A stretch of DNA of 64,000 nucleotides from Amphiscolops sp. MND2022 (Eukaryota). The stretch is taken from positions 95,420,001 through 95,484,000 of the forward strand of contig OZ076409.1 of assembly GCA_964187785.1 (NCBI GenBank). Direction: 5' to 3'. Below, one piece after another: positions 1-13,000 of the stretch (positions are counted from its first letter, which is position 1; each line of letters opens with the position of its first letter). The notes beneath the pieces were generated by a model. It ran no database searches and was not told where the DNA came from. It saw only the letters and a list, made by a program, of their open reading frames with translations. Position numbers and translations under genes: made by a program.

Positions 1-384
1 TGACGCTCAGCGAAAGTTTCAGAAAAAAGTTATTAATCAAGTTTCTGAAAAAATTATCAATTGAATTTTGATGTTTTCGGTTTTAGTATTCTTCAAAAAA
101 CGGAGCCTGGGACATTGTTTTTTTTTGCATTTGAATCCAGATTTCGAACTGTGCTATTCCCGGCTTGTTTCAACTCTTATTTACCCCAAATACTTCTCGT
201 TTTTTCTTTGTATTCTCATTTTAATTCAAAGAATGCTCTGTACAAAACGCGGCATTTTTAGTGTCGCGTTGAAATTATCCACGCATAATAGGGTGAAAAC
301 ACGATAAATGACAGTAGTTTTTAGTTTTTCAAAAGCGTTTCTTCTTTGTTCATGATAACAAAAAAGGAAAGTTTCTGGAAGATC

Positions 385-949
385 AACAAGCCGGGAACGG
401 CCCAAGTCGGCGCCATATCTAAGGCTCAAAAACAGCAAAAGGACTTCAAAGTGTCAAAGTATTCTCTTCTACGGTACCGGAAAAACCCAAAAGTTGAACC
501 GAATTGGCGCACCAGAGGGGACACTTTGAGATTTTTCATCCATTCTGTCGCAAATCATCAAAAAAATTGAAGGAGGGGCACTTTTGGTGAAATTTGTTTT
601 TTAAAGTCTCACAATGCCGAAAAAACTGAAAGGGGGGACCCTTTGGTATTTTTCAACATCCGTTCTGTCAGAAAACCTCAAAAAAATTGAAGGGGGACCC
701 TTTGAGGAAAAATTTTTTTCGAAAAAAAGTCTCACAGAGCCGAAAATACTCTAAGGGAGTACCCTTTGGTCTTCTACTTCGCAAGCTTTTAAAGTATTTT
801 AATTTGCTAAGTAAGAATTGTAAGATTTTAAGATTGTAAGAAATGTAAGAAAAGTGGACCGATCAGTGTGAGGATTGTAGTCTGAAGAAAAAAAGGTCAC
901 TGCTATAGTCGGGCATTTTTCCTTAAAAGGATAAAGCGCCGACTAAAAA
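385..949 (-). mobile_element. Non-autonomous Helentron/HINE (DINE-1-like) element
   Basis: One end is AACAAGCCGGGAACGGCCCAAGTCGGCGCC and the other is TAGTCGGGC...GCGCCGACTAAAA. Internal GGGGACCCTTT repeats. At least 8 copies of this family occur in the window. Confidence 0.7.
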
Positions 950-1000
950 TATCCAGTCTGATTTTTCATCCCAGTCTCTCAAGGGTTTTTGCGTTGATAC

Positions 1001-4000
1001 CTGGTAGTGCTTTTTGCAGTGCGTGTGTGACATCCAGGACGTTGAATGGCAGGATGGGATCCCCGCAAGCTGCAACCAGGAATCGCACCCCCACAGTGGC
1101 CAATGACTCCAACAGAGACTGTCTCGACAACAACGAGGGATCCGGGCTCGCACAACTACGTTTGCGTTGGCTTTGGTCCTGAAGAGACAAGAAGAAAGTT
1201 AATTTCTCCAATTTCCGGAGTGGACGCCGAATAAGCAGTTCTGATTTTCAAAGTCGGCGCCCTTTCGGATCTAAGTCAGCGCCATAAAAAGCTATGGTAC
1301 CATATTTGCAGCCAAGTGCTCAAGCAATGGTCGACCTGAAGCTGTGGTTTCAAAGTGACTTGCTCAAAGTTACGAAAGTCTGACTGTTCACCGTGGCTGT
1401 TTTCTTGTTTTTGCTTTTCTCCGCCAAAATGCGTTATTTTTTTGTCATTGACCATGCCACTAAGCTAGGCACGAAAGATTTGCTTAAGGCCTCTGATACC
1501 TTCCCAATGAAAACCGAATTCTCTAACCATGCTCCAGCACTGCAGTAAGAATTGCAGACCCTTGGATTATTGTATCGTAGGATTTTATGATTTGAACGGT
1601 CCATGAAATTTTTCTTTAAAAATCCTGGACAATTACAAGGAACAGGAAATCTCTTTTTTCTGTTTTCAACACGTCACCAATTTTTTCAAACAATATTGAA
1701 AATATGGCACAGCAAGCATGGAATAAATCAGAGTTCAGATATAACTTATGGAGTCATGCCTTCTTTCTTTTTTGAGTCACAAAAACAGTTATTTCGAACA
1801 TAATCACAGTTAAAAGGTGTGAAAAATGTTTCGTCCAAACAATAAAACTATTCAAATTGAAGTTAATTTCCTGTATTGGAAAACGATTTCATTAAGCAGA
1901 AAAAGCATGAACCCAAATTTTTTCGTTCAAAGTTTTTGATGGTGACGGTGGATTGAGAAAAGAGCCAATATTTTAAAGAATATTTGAAAAAACTGAGGAC
2001 CCAAACTAGTGAAGAAAACTTTTCAAAGATTGATATTTCCATCAAATGGTCGTTTAAAATCTTTTTACTGTTTTAATGTTGCTTCATTTTTTATTGTTTC
2101 ATTTTCTTTTTTCAAATTGGATTTTGATCACTTTTTCGCAGTCAAAAATTTTGCACCAGTAATGGAAATACGTCCCTCTTTTGACTCTGCAACTCAATTC
2201 AATTTTGAAAACAAAAAGTATTATGAAATTCTTATAAAATTTTCATGTCATATATCTCATGATAAAAAAATAAATACCCTAAAAACTCAGTCAACTGAAT
2301 GGTAATATGAAAACCGAAATATTTTTGAAATCCTAAAAAAGTAGCTTGACTCAATATTATTTGCCTTTAATCATGAATGGAACGGGTCGTCTCACACATT
2401 GAAGCATTATGCACAATTTCAATGAATCTTCTATAAGTACAAGACTGCATGCATGCATGAAGAACCTTTGAAAAGATTACAAATTGATTGATGAACGCAC
2501 CTTGGCTGGAAGGTCTTTGTACTGCATGGAAATGACGGCGCTGTTGGTAAGAGTTTGAACTAAATTGGCAATCGACTCTCTCTCCGGGTAATCCATCCTG
2601 TCAATTAAAAGCGGGAAATGTGATCATATTAGGGATGAAAGCTGATGGGATTACTGGGAAACGAAGTAAACGTAAACTTGGTTTTTCACCAATATATTAT
2701 ATTTTATATACAACATCCCACCCTTTATACTTTTTTCGAGCTTTCTGCTTTGAAGAGCGACATAGTTGACAACCTTAATTAGTGCTGTCAATAAACTTGC
2801 TCCGTTGCTATTTCTAGTTTGAAGTACATGCTAACTGTTTGCATTATTACATCATTACTACAGAATGCGCTTTGCGAAAAAGATAGATAAAAGTTAGCAA
2901 TTGAATCTGAATCTTACTCTATATTATTATCTCGAGAACAATGAATATAATGTTTTAAAATGTTTAAAATAGTGTATTTAATTTATTTCTGGGTACAATC
3001 TCGATAATGCCGAATGAATTGGTTGTCCAAATTTGATTGTGAAAAAGTAACAAAACTGTTTTTAAAAAGTCACAGAAACTTACAAGAGGCAGGGAGACTT
3101 ACCTTGGAACTGTGAAGTTGAAAGGAAGTTTTTCAGAGATGCAATTATCCCATCTATCGTAAAGCGTGAACGAATCGTGATGATGTGACATAACCTTGAA
3201 AAAAATAACAACATGGAATGACAGCGTTATTAAACCGGCGTAATTTTTAGTCGGCCCTTTTGAAAAAAAGTGCCCGACTCTTACAGTGGGTAGTTTTTTA
3301 GACGTGTAAGGTCCCCTTCTTTGTTCATTTGTTCAACAACTTAAACTACGGAGGTTCAAAACACTCGAAACCTCAGAACCTCGTCCAAAACAAAAAGAAA
3401 CAAAACCGACGTCCAGAACCCCGAAACTAAGGATCCCCCTTTGGCTATCGTGGGGTTTTTAACTTAGATTTATTTCGGGACTATGAGACTTGTTTGAGAA
3501 TTTTTGGATTGCACCCAAGGGTGCCCCCTTAATTTGTTTCTATATTTTGCAACAAAATAGATGCTAAAAAATCCCAAAGGAGCCCCCTTTTACATTTTTT
3601 GGCACTGTGACACTGTTCAAAAATCCCATGTTTTGATTTTTTTTTCGATTCAAAGTCTCCGAAGAGTCCCCCTTCATTTTTTTCATATTTTCCAACAAAC
3701 TGGAGTTCCAAAAAGCCCAAAAGGTCCCCTTTTTACAATTTTAGAAACTTCGCGCATTTTGAGCCTTAGATATAGCGCCGACTTTGGCCTTTGTTATCTC
3801 TTATTTAAACCTGCAAAATCCCCTGTGGTGACGTCATGCTAGAAAAATCTGTTCTTTGACGCCAATTTTTAATCGGCGCTTCGTGAAGTGAAACGCGACT
3901 ATTAGAGTGATTTTTTTTCAATCCACACGAACTGACCAAACTAGTTCTTGAAAGTTCTACGAAATTTTATGGTCCCAAATAGAATCATTTGGCCTAGCGA

Positions 4001-7000
4001 ACTGAACCGAACATACAATACCGGGAGAAACTAAAGGGTCCCCTCTTCCAGTTTTTTCGGCATTGTGAGACTTTTTTTCCAAAAAAAAATTCGCCAAAAG
4101 GTCCCACTTCAATTTTTGTGATGATTTGCGACAGAATGGATCAAAAATCTCAAAGCGTCCCCCATGGCGCGCCAATTCGGTCCAATTTTTGGGTTTTTCA
4201 CGTACTGGAGAAGAGAATACTTTGAAACTTTGAAGTCCTTTTGCTATTTTTGAGCCTTAGATATGGCACCGACTTATGCCGTTGCGGGCTTGTTAACTTT
4301 AATTGGTACAATTTTCATTTTCTTTTAGTTGAGAATGAAATTGCCCGGCTTTTACAGTCACTTCTTTCGTTTCTGCAAGACACGAACGCGACGAAAACGT
4401 AGGCAGGGCACAGAATTATCTTGAAGTTCGACGTGCCAGTTGACCTAGTGGTTAGAGCGTTAGCTTCCCAAGCAAGCGAACGGAGTTTGAATCTCACTAG
4501 TTTCCAATTTTGTGCTACTTTTGAGCGTTTCTAGGCTTGTTGACTTAGAAACAGCTTGTTATTCAAACTTCTCAATAAAATGAAAAGGAACGTTCATTCA
4601 ATAATAAAAATCGTATTGGCCTTTGCAATGCAGTAGTAAAATTCGAGAAGCATTTCATGAGTAGAGCAACAATTTCGAAAACATTCTGAATACCAAACAA
4701 CTATCGTATTTCATGGTATTCCCAAAACATTACTGCCCTTCCTATTTTTTGTTGATAATGGTCAACTCTTTTCGTAATTTCGCCTTAGATATGATAAAGA
4801 TCTTTGACAAACTCACCATTTTACTTGCAACAAAAGCAGCTTGTTTCAGAGCGAAGGAACCCACCACTGCAAATGTATCCAAGCCTAGAACAAAAAAGCC
4901 TCTATTGAACATTTCAATTTACATGTACTATTGCAAAAGATCATAAACTTAAAAGTCGACATAATTTATGTAGCAGTGCTTTTTTTCCTAAATTAAAACC
5001 GTTCTGTGCTGAAACCCAATTCAAACCAAAACCAAAATGCGATGCCCTCTTATAAATACATGATGGTGAAGAAAGTTTCTGAAAATTTCTAAATGCAATG
5101 CTGACGTGGCAGTTGAGCATAATATTGCTCTTCTCGCAGGTTCCGCCACTTGCAAAATGAAGGAAGTCAAGAGCACATAGAGAAATGCACAAGACAAATT
5201 GGTGTAATACGGGCAAGGATTTTAAAAATGTATTGTATTTAAATATATTTGTTACGACTCACGTTCGTGTCGTTGTTTTGAGTTGAATTGATTCTGACAG
5301 ATTTTGTAGGAGTGTACAAACTTCTGGTTTCATTTTCCCCTTCCTTCTCGATGTTTTCTCGTACACTTTCTCCTGCTTTAGTTTTTAGCAGTTTCAACAT
5401 TTCTTTCTGGGATTCTATGAGGAGGCTCTTATTTTCCCAAGTTTTTTCCTCTTTTAAAGAAGCTCTCAATTTCTCTAAGAAGCTATTTTCAATCCTGGGA
5501 GATTTTGGCTTAGACGGTCCCGCAATGCTTACGTCCTGATCCGAGAAACAAGGGTTTTCTACTACTATTGGTGAAATTAGATCTTCACTTACACTTTCGG
5601 TGTTGGTTGTTCTTCCTCTTTTGGCTTCTTGTAGTTGACATTATGAATGAAGAGATTTAATTTGAATTTTCAATTTCGAACTGTATTTCTCAACAAAGTT
5701 GAGAATTAAGCTGAGAATTGAGAAATCGTAACACAACACTGATTTTTACAGATGAGAACAGACTGAGTCCCCTATTTATGGAAAATCATCGTATTTATAC
5801 ACTTCTAGCATCATTTGATCACGACTAAATCCCTAATTTTCCTCAAACAATTAGTCATTTCCTGTTTTTTCGATGAAAAAATTATTGCGATCCAAAATTT
5901 GCGTCGACTTTTTGTCAAATTTTAGGACAGGGCATTTCTAATCTAGCATTAGTCATCAAACTTGAACATATCATTTCATTCCGGCGTCCTTTTGTTTCCC
6001 CCCAAGCAGGAAGTAGATATTACTTCAGTCTATCAAACGGGAAATGTTACCCTGTTTTACTGCTTTGGTTCGTAGGAAAATCGACGCGGAGATGACGCTG
6101 ACGTGAACACCTAATGGCTGATTTTGAATCTTTACTCGAAAAAAATGACTAATTTCGTTTGTTTGAAATATTTAGAGATGCTAGGAGAAAAAAAGGACTT
6201 GTCTTTTGATAAGGGCGCTTAATTAGGTAGATTATATGCATAATCTTTATTTCTAAATTAGCACGGTTAATACAATTACAGTTCGACGTGACAACGACGT
6301 CAGATTAGATTAACAAAACTGAAACACTAAACATCAACATCAAATCCAAGTTATAAAATAGTCGATTAAAACTCGCAATGCATAGTTGGAACAGCAATAA
6401 AACATGAGAATAGCAATGAGAACAAATGCAGTATTTGGGAAAATATAGCTCCATTATCAAAATATTATTTTCCTTGATTTACAACGTTTGATTTGCCAAA
6501 TACGTTGAGACAGCGACATTTCGTACACAACAGTAGAAGTTTACAGCGAGCAGCACAAATACGTATTCGTAACACGTTCTTTCAGAAAAAACTGTAACTC
6601 TCGTTTCCAATAATGTGGAAAAGTTTCATCCAAATTAGCCCTTAACGCAGATAATTAAATTGGCGAATTTTGTTTGACGACAGGTAGACGTATCCTAAAA
6701 GTCTTTTTACCTTCATCTTAGCTTAGTTACACGTGATCTAAACGGTTTCTCCGTGCCAAAATCATTAAAACAGCATTCATTTCATCAGTTTGGATGGACT
6801 TAAACAATTATTTCGATGGATTTTGGACGTAGCGTGAACATAAGTTTGGAATAGAATTTAGGTAGCAGCCTAAGCTATGACGTAACACCATCGTTTGATT
6901 TGGAATACTTTCTAGTTAGTCGTCTATTTAGTGACCTAAAGCTGACGTCACAAGTTTAGTAATATTTGCATGTACCACCAATATTTGTTTACTTAGCAAT

Positions 7001-10000
7001 GAGACGTCGTCCTAATTTTACATTAATTGCTGTTCAAAGTGCAATTAAGCTGCCTTTTCTTAGAAGAGGCGCAATTTTCTCGGTGTGCCATCTCAATGTT
7101 ATTTCTGTTTTAGATCTGATTGATGTTCTTTCTTAGAGATGATTTCGGATATGTTTTCATTTAGATTAGTTTATGATCTTCTATTCCAAGACGTATTTTA
7201 ATTTAATTTTCAGGTGGTGGGTGTTTCTATTCTGACGTGACAAAAGCGTCTTACCGGAAACACCGTGAAATCATGTTAAATCGTTTCGTTTTCTGTTTTC
7301 ATTTTCATTTAAGATTTGCGCTGAGTAGACGTACATTTTGCATTTTCAGTCACAGTTTGTTTCGGAAATGAGTATTAGTTGTTTTAAAATCAATGATTAA
7401 GTTACCATCTTGGGAAACGTAGGCTGCAGCCATGTCCTCTCCCGACTGCAATGCGTCTACAGGAGCATCCCAAACCGTGAGCGGGTTGTGACAATATTGA
7501 CAATCAATAAATAAAATATACTTACTTTTAGTTTCGTACAATACAACATATTTATTTTTTGTTCCAATGTTTTTGTGTTTTGGGTCAATTTTTTTGATGT
7601 TAAATTTAATGTTGACGAAATACACGAAACTCATTTCAGTTTATCGGCCAACTGCTGTAAAGCGTTTCGAATTATAAATACAGTCCAAGAAATTCACAAA
7701 CGAAATCTTTGTTCGAACAATATATTTTTCCTCTCACAAAATTGGACAATATATTCAATATATTAATTGTCAGCCAACAAATATTTATTACAATATTTTA
7801 CATCCCTGATTACGGGAATTACGTGGTAGCGATGATTCGTTATAGTGTGATTCGACTATACGTAACTCCGAATCGACTCAAAATTCGATTTGAACTTCTA
7901 TCATAGCAGCTATAGCTTGATTGCCTTAAACTTTAAAATGAAATTACCTTCAATTGGATTTGTTAAATCAACGAAAGTCTTCAGCCTAATTGAGAAAGTC
8001 TGTTTATTCTGCTGAAGCCACTTCTCCATAACTGTTCTTTTTCCGTTCCACAACACAAAGATTATTGTTCGCAATGGCTCCCAGCCTGAAAGTTAACATA
8101 AAAGACGAGTTTCTTCATTAATAATCAACTTGTTTCCAATTTGAATGAAAATTGTAAGAAATGGAAAACATGTTCAAAAGTGGACTGAAGCATTTCATTT
8201 TCTGTAAAATTTGAATAGTTCCAAAAGTATATCAAGAGTATGGCCTGCATAAAAGTACGCGTGAACGTGCCCAAAAATAACACAATAATTCAAGCTATTT
8301 TGAATTGAAAATAACGCTCGCTAAATTCACGGAAAAAAAATCGGAGCGATAGCTGAATTCAATTCACTTTTCCAGAATTTATGCACAAAAACAGCAGTTG
8401 TTTGATTTTTTTCGGGTCCAAACTCAAGTGACAATATGTGAAAAGCTAGAATAGTTACTTGAAAACCATCATATTCTGCCGATTTCTAGTTACATTGAAA
8501 AACCACGCCATGTCAGGAATCGACAGAAAATGACGCTAATTCATGCGCGTGATTTTTTGCTGGGTGTCAAGACATTTCATCCAATGCAATTTCAACCTAT
8601 GCAATTTCAACCGTAGCCATTTCAACCGCTCACATTTTCAACCTATTGCATTTTCAACCGTCCGCAATTTCGACCTAGACTAATTTTGGCTATTTAGTCT
8701 TAATTCGGTTGAGCTATCATTTCAGTACAATAATTACTAATGAATCAAACAGTCTTAATTATTGGTAATTATTCATGAAGAAATGAAAACTTTCGTAAAA
8801 AATAGCACATTTGAATTTAGAAATGAATGAAGGTTAAAACCACCAAAATAATTATGTAACTAATTAGGATCCATTAGCAAAAATTAGTTTAGGTCGAAAT
8901 AGCGGACGTTTGAAAATGCAATACAGTAAACCCTCGATTATCCGCCACCATCAGTCCAGCGCGAATTATGGCGGATATATGAGAGTGGCGGTTAATCAAG
9001 GGAGCTTAGAAACGTGTGTTATAGCAAAATGTCCACAGTAGATTTGTGGCGGAGGACCAAAGTTGGCGGATATTCGAGTGTTTACTGTTGGTTGAAAATA
9101 TGAGCGGTTGAAATGGCAACGGTTGAAATTGCACAGGTTGAAATTGCATAGGTTGAAATTGCATAATTGCATAGAATGAAATGTCATGTCACCTTTATGC
9201 TGGCCCTAGTCAGGAGCTTTGCCAGTTTAGATTCACGAACCTTTGTGAACAAGTAGATCCAGTTTCCTGATCATGCTGTCTGCTAATTGGAGGGAATCTG
9301 TCGAGGTTGTTCTGATTGCGACTACAATTAGCTCTTCTGAACAAACAAAAATCTTGTTTTCTTGTTTCAAAGTCGCAGCTGTTAGTTGAGACAAGGTTTG
9401 ACTCAAAGCAAGCGTTGGCAATTACCATAGCGTTCCCCAATTGATGGCAGGTTTATTACTTAATATTTCTACAAAAAAGATATAAACCCTTGTTGCGAGG
9501 AGCCTTTCGTTATACTTTACGTCCTGATAAACTGTTACGCGTTTCTCTATACAAGTTTGGGTTTCATAACGCATGCAAAGGCAAACCGATGGTTTTACAC
9601 ACGTTTTCAGTTGAAACTTCCAAAGCTTTAAAACCCGCGTTTTCCCTATTAGCTCGTTTTCAAACATGCAAACGGGTTTTCTATGCAAAGTTGTGGGATG
9701 TCCCCCCCCCCCCCTATATCACTCGTTACACTATGTCCCCCCTAGAGAAAATAAATGTTTGTGGCTCATTTATATTTATCTCCTACTGGGCTAATCTCTC
9801 ATGCTATTCTGTCAATCGATTGATGTCGTCATAACTAACGACACTTTTTATTGGTTCTTTTTATCAAAATCCCCACTCAGCCAATCAGAAACGTTGTTAG
9901 ATAAGAGCAGATCTGCGCTATTAGAATGGGCAATACATGCATTTAATAGCGTTTCACTATGTCCCCCCTTTTTGCTGTAGGGGGGGATATAGTGAAAGAG

Positions 10001-13000
10001 ATCCAAGTTGTGTTAATTGACGCAAAAAAACCAACTCGTATAAACTTGAGTGAAAGTAAGTTTCTTACGCTTTTGCTTATAAAAGGCATCATTGAGAAAA
10101 TGTATATACGGATCTTTTTTCTTTTTCAAACATCAATGGATGATTATTTGTTGGTAAAACCGAATCTCACCTTCGACAAGAGTGCCTTTTATGTACGCTT
10201 TGATGATTGGAGATTGATCGGCTTTTCTGATTGACAAGACAGAAAGAAGCATTGAGCTGGAACAGAAGCAACAGACAGTTGTAGAATTTCAGATAAATAT
10301 CCCAAGTTGAAAACTAACTTAAGTTACAAAGAGTGAAGGTAATTTTTATTAACTAAACAAAGCCGAAACGACTATAGATGACTATAGATTATCAAAATAG
10401 TTGACTATCATAGATCATCAAATAAAAAGTGAAACACTTTGTTCTTACAAGTGCACAGCGAGGTTAGCGTTTGAACTGTAACAGATACCTATGGGCGGAA
10501 AATATGGCGGAAATCTTTTTGAAAATTTCGTTCAAGCGATTGTTGGCCAGAAGTGAAAAAAAGCCGCGCGAAGAACGAACGCCCACAGCCTAGTGTGTGA
10601 ACGACATCAAAAAAGGGGTCTGAGCATTTTATCTTCTAGTATCGCAGTGCCAGTTACCCGAATGCTAGTCGAATAGATACCATCCCAGAAGTGATCGGAG
10701 TGTCCTCCAGCTTGCGGACTGGAAAAAATTTGACAGAAAAACTTGTGAAACGCTCGTGCTGCAATCATTGCAGTATTTCTGATGTTTTATTGACTTGTAT
10801 GCACGAGAGCTACTGTGCTTGACTTTATACCGGTCTGATCCTGATGAATTCATTGGTGAAACATCACTGGATCACGTTTTCACAGGCTGTTTGAGCTGTG
10901 GTCATTGATGTAGTCAAGACGGATGCCCGTTATTTCCAGCAGTAAAAGACCGGATTAAGGTCGGAGACCTTCCCAGAAGACAGTGCCCTCTTATCGTAAC
11001 AGGCATAACAGGAGGGAAAATGAACGGGTGCGTAGAAGCGGTGAGTCCCGGACGTCATACGCTTTTGCTGTGGTTCCGCCAACTCTGTACACGTGTCAAG
11101 CGACCCTTAACTGCTTGCCGTTACAAGCAGCTTTTCAAATCATGCTGGCGAGTTGTTTCTCGATGAAATTTCTTTTGGTCATTGTTACGACTATTTACCG
11201 GGGTGATCTTATTAGTAGTCGCAGTGGATTTGGTTTTTATGGGTGTTGATGTTGCATTTTCCGGGATGTCCTCGGGATCGGAATCAGTTTCTTCAGAAGC
11301 TCTAACCAGGGTTTGTTTTTTAGTTACCGGAGCTATCAGTTTTAGCATTTCTTTCTGGTTCTCAGCTAAGATTTTAGTAAGATCAGTCATTATCTCTTTT
11401 CTTAGAGCCGACTTAATATTTTCTAAGTTTTCAGAAATGACTTTAGGAGATTTGCTTGTTCCCGCTACGGGATTCTCGCTCAGACTAATTTCTGGTACTG
11501 GTGTTTCGATTTCAGTAGAGACTAATTCTTCAACTGCTTTTCTTTTCTGGCTTCTAGTAGTCATCTTTGGAAGTTTATGATAGAGAAGTCTTCGGAAATG
11601 TGTTAATTCGTCGAAGAAGCAAGTTTTATTGTATCAACAGAACAAATTGATTAATTGGGAAACAAAAGATTGATTAAAGTTTTCAAAGTATCTACAACTA
11701 TATATACCTTCTCAGCATCATTTGTTCCTTACCTAAAAATTCCTAGGAATCCTAAAAATCCGTTTTGTTCATAAAAATTACTTAGTCATCCTTATCATTT
11801 CAACCCTTTAACTAGTTGTTCATAATTTAAAATTCCTAGTCACGTTCCTTTCGCGGAGTACTTGTTGAATTCATTTTTTGTTCACCATCCTCATTTCCGG
11901 TTTAATCTCAAAAGAGCGGCAAAATAAATGTCTAGTTAAACTTCCATCACGAAAGGCACGCGGGCATGAACAATGATTCATCTTATGAGCGGCAAAACTT
12001 TCAACTTGCAGCGAAAGAGTGACAAGCAAAATTCGTCACGGAAATATTTCGGTGAAGTTTTTGGATTACTGAAATCAAATGTTTGATAAGGAACAAATGA
12101 TACCGAGAAAGTGACAAATACGAACTGAAATTTGGTTATTATAAACCAGAAATTGGCAACGATAAATCTGCGTGATTTTTACATGATACTATCAAACATG
12201 GTTACAAAATAACAAACAACATGGAAAGCAACAACATTTTAAGACGTACTGAGTACGTAAATCATTTTCTTAAAAGTAAGAAAAGCACCTTCCATTAAGA
12301 AATTCACTTTTGCCTTGGTCCTACAGCACGAACGTTTAGATTGCTTAAACAACAGAGGAAATCGGGAGGAAATAATTGAATCCTACAATATTTTGGTTGT
12401 CCTAACAAAATTCTACGTACTCCAAGGAATGTCTTGATATACTGTATTAGTCCCTAAGTCTCAGATTTTTCCACAGTTATTTTGCATGTATTAACATTAA
12501 GTATAGTTTTGCCGAGTTACAATCTTTCCCGTAGATGTCACGTACGTATTAAGATTAGCTATAGTTTCCTTAGCTTACAATTCGTCCCGTAGATGCTACG
12601 TACGTATTAAGATTAACTTGGCAGCTAGCGAAGCTAGAGCGGAGCAATTCGCCATCTTTAAATTCATTCTTAATGACGTCATTAGAATGGTCCTTACTAG
12701 CTCGAGCGCAAACATGCCGTCCTTAGCAGCGACGCTATTGGTTCGTTACATTAGGAATACCAGCAACTTGTTTATCTGATTGACGTTGCCATAGCGTTGT
12801 GAAGGTTTATTCAAATTACTTGACTGTAATTTGAGTGGCATTTAACAACTACTTCAGACTTTGGAAACAAGTCTATTAAATTCTCTCTGTATTTTCCTTA
12901 TTTTAGATCGTATGCATTCCGTTGGGACCACGGAATTAACTAATGTTTTCATTTCAGTGTGGAGAGGACAAAAATTGATCCCAGTGTTATGAATGTTTCT

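Noticed and set aside
4433..4505. Functional tRNA-Gly(CCC)
   Set aside because: The acceptor stem does not pair and the T-loop is mutated; kept only as a tRNA-like relic.
8575..8670. CRISPR-like short repeats (also 28820-28957)
   Set aside because: No unique spacers and a eukaryotic context; they are subterminal repeats of DNA transposons.
10830..11180. GC-richer stretch beside the 3' LTR
   Set aside because: No recognisable protein motif or termini; left unassigned.
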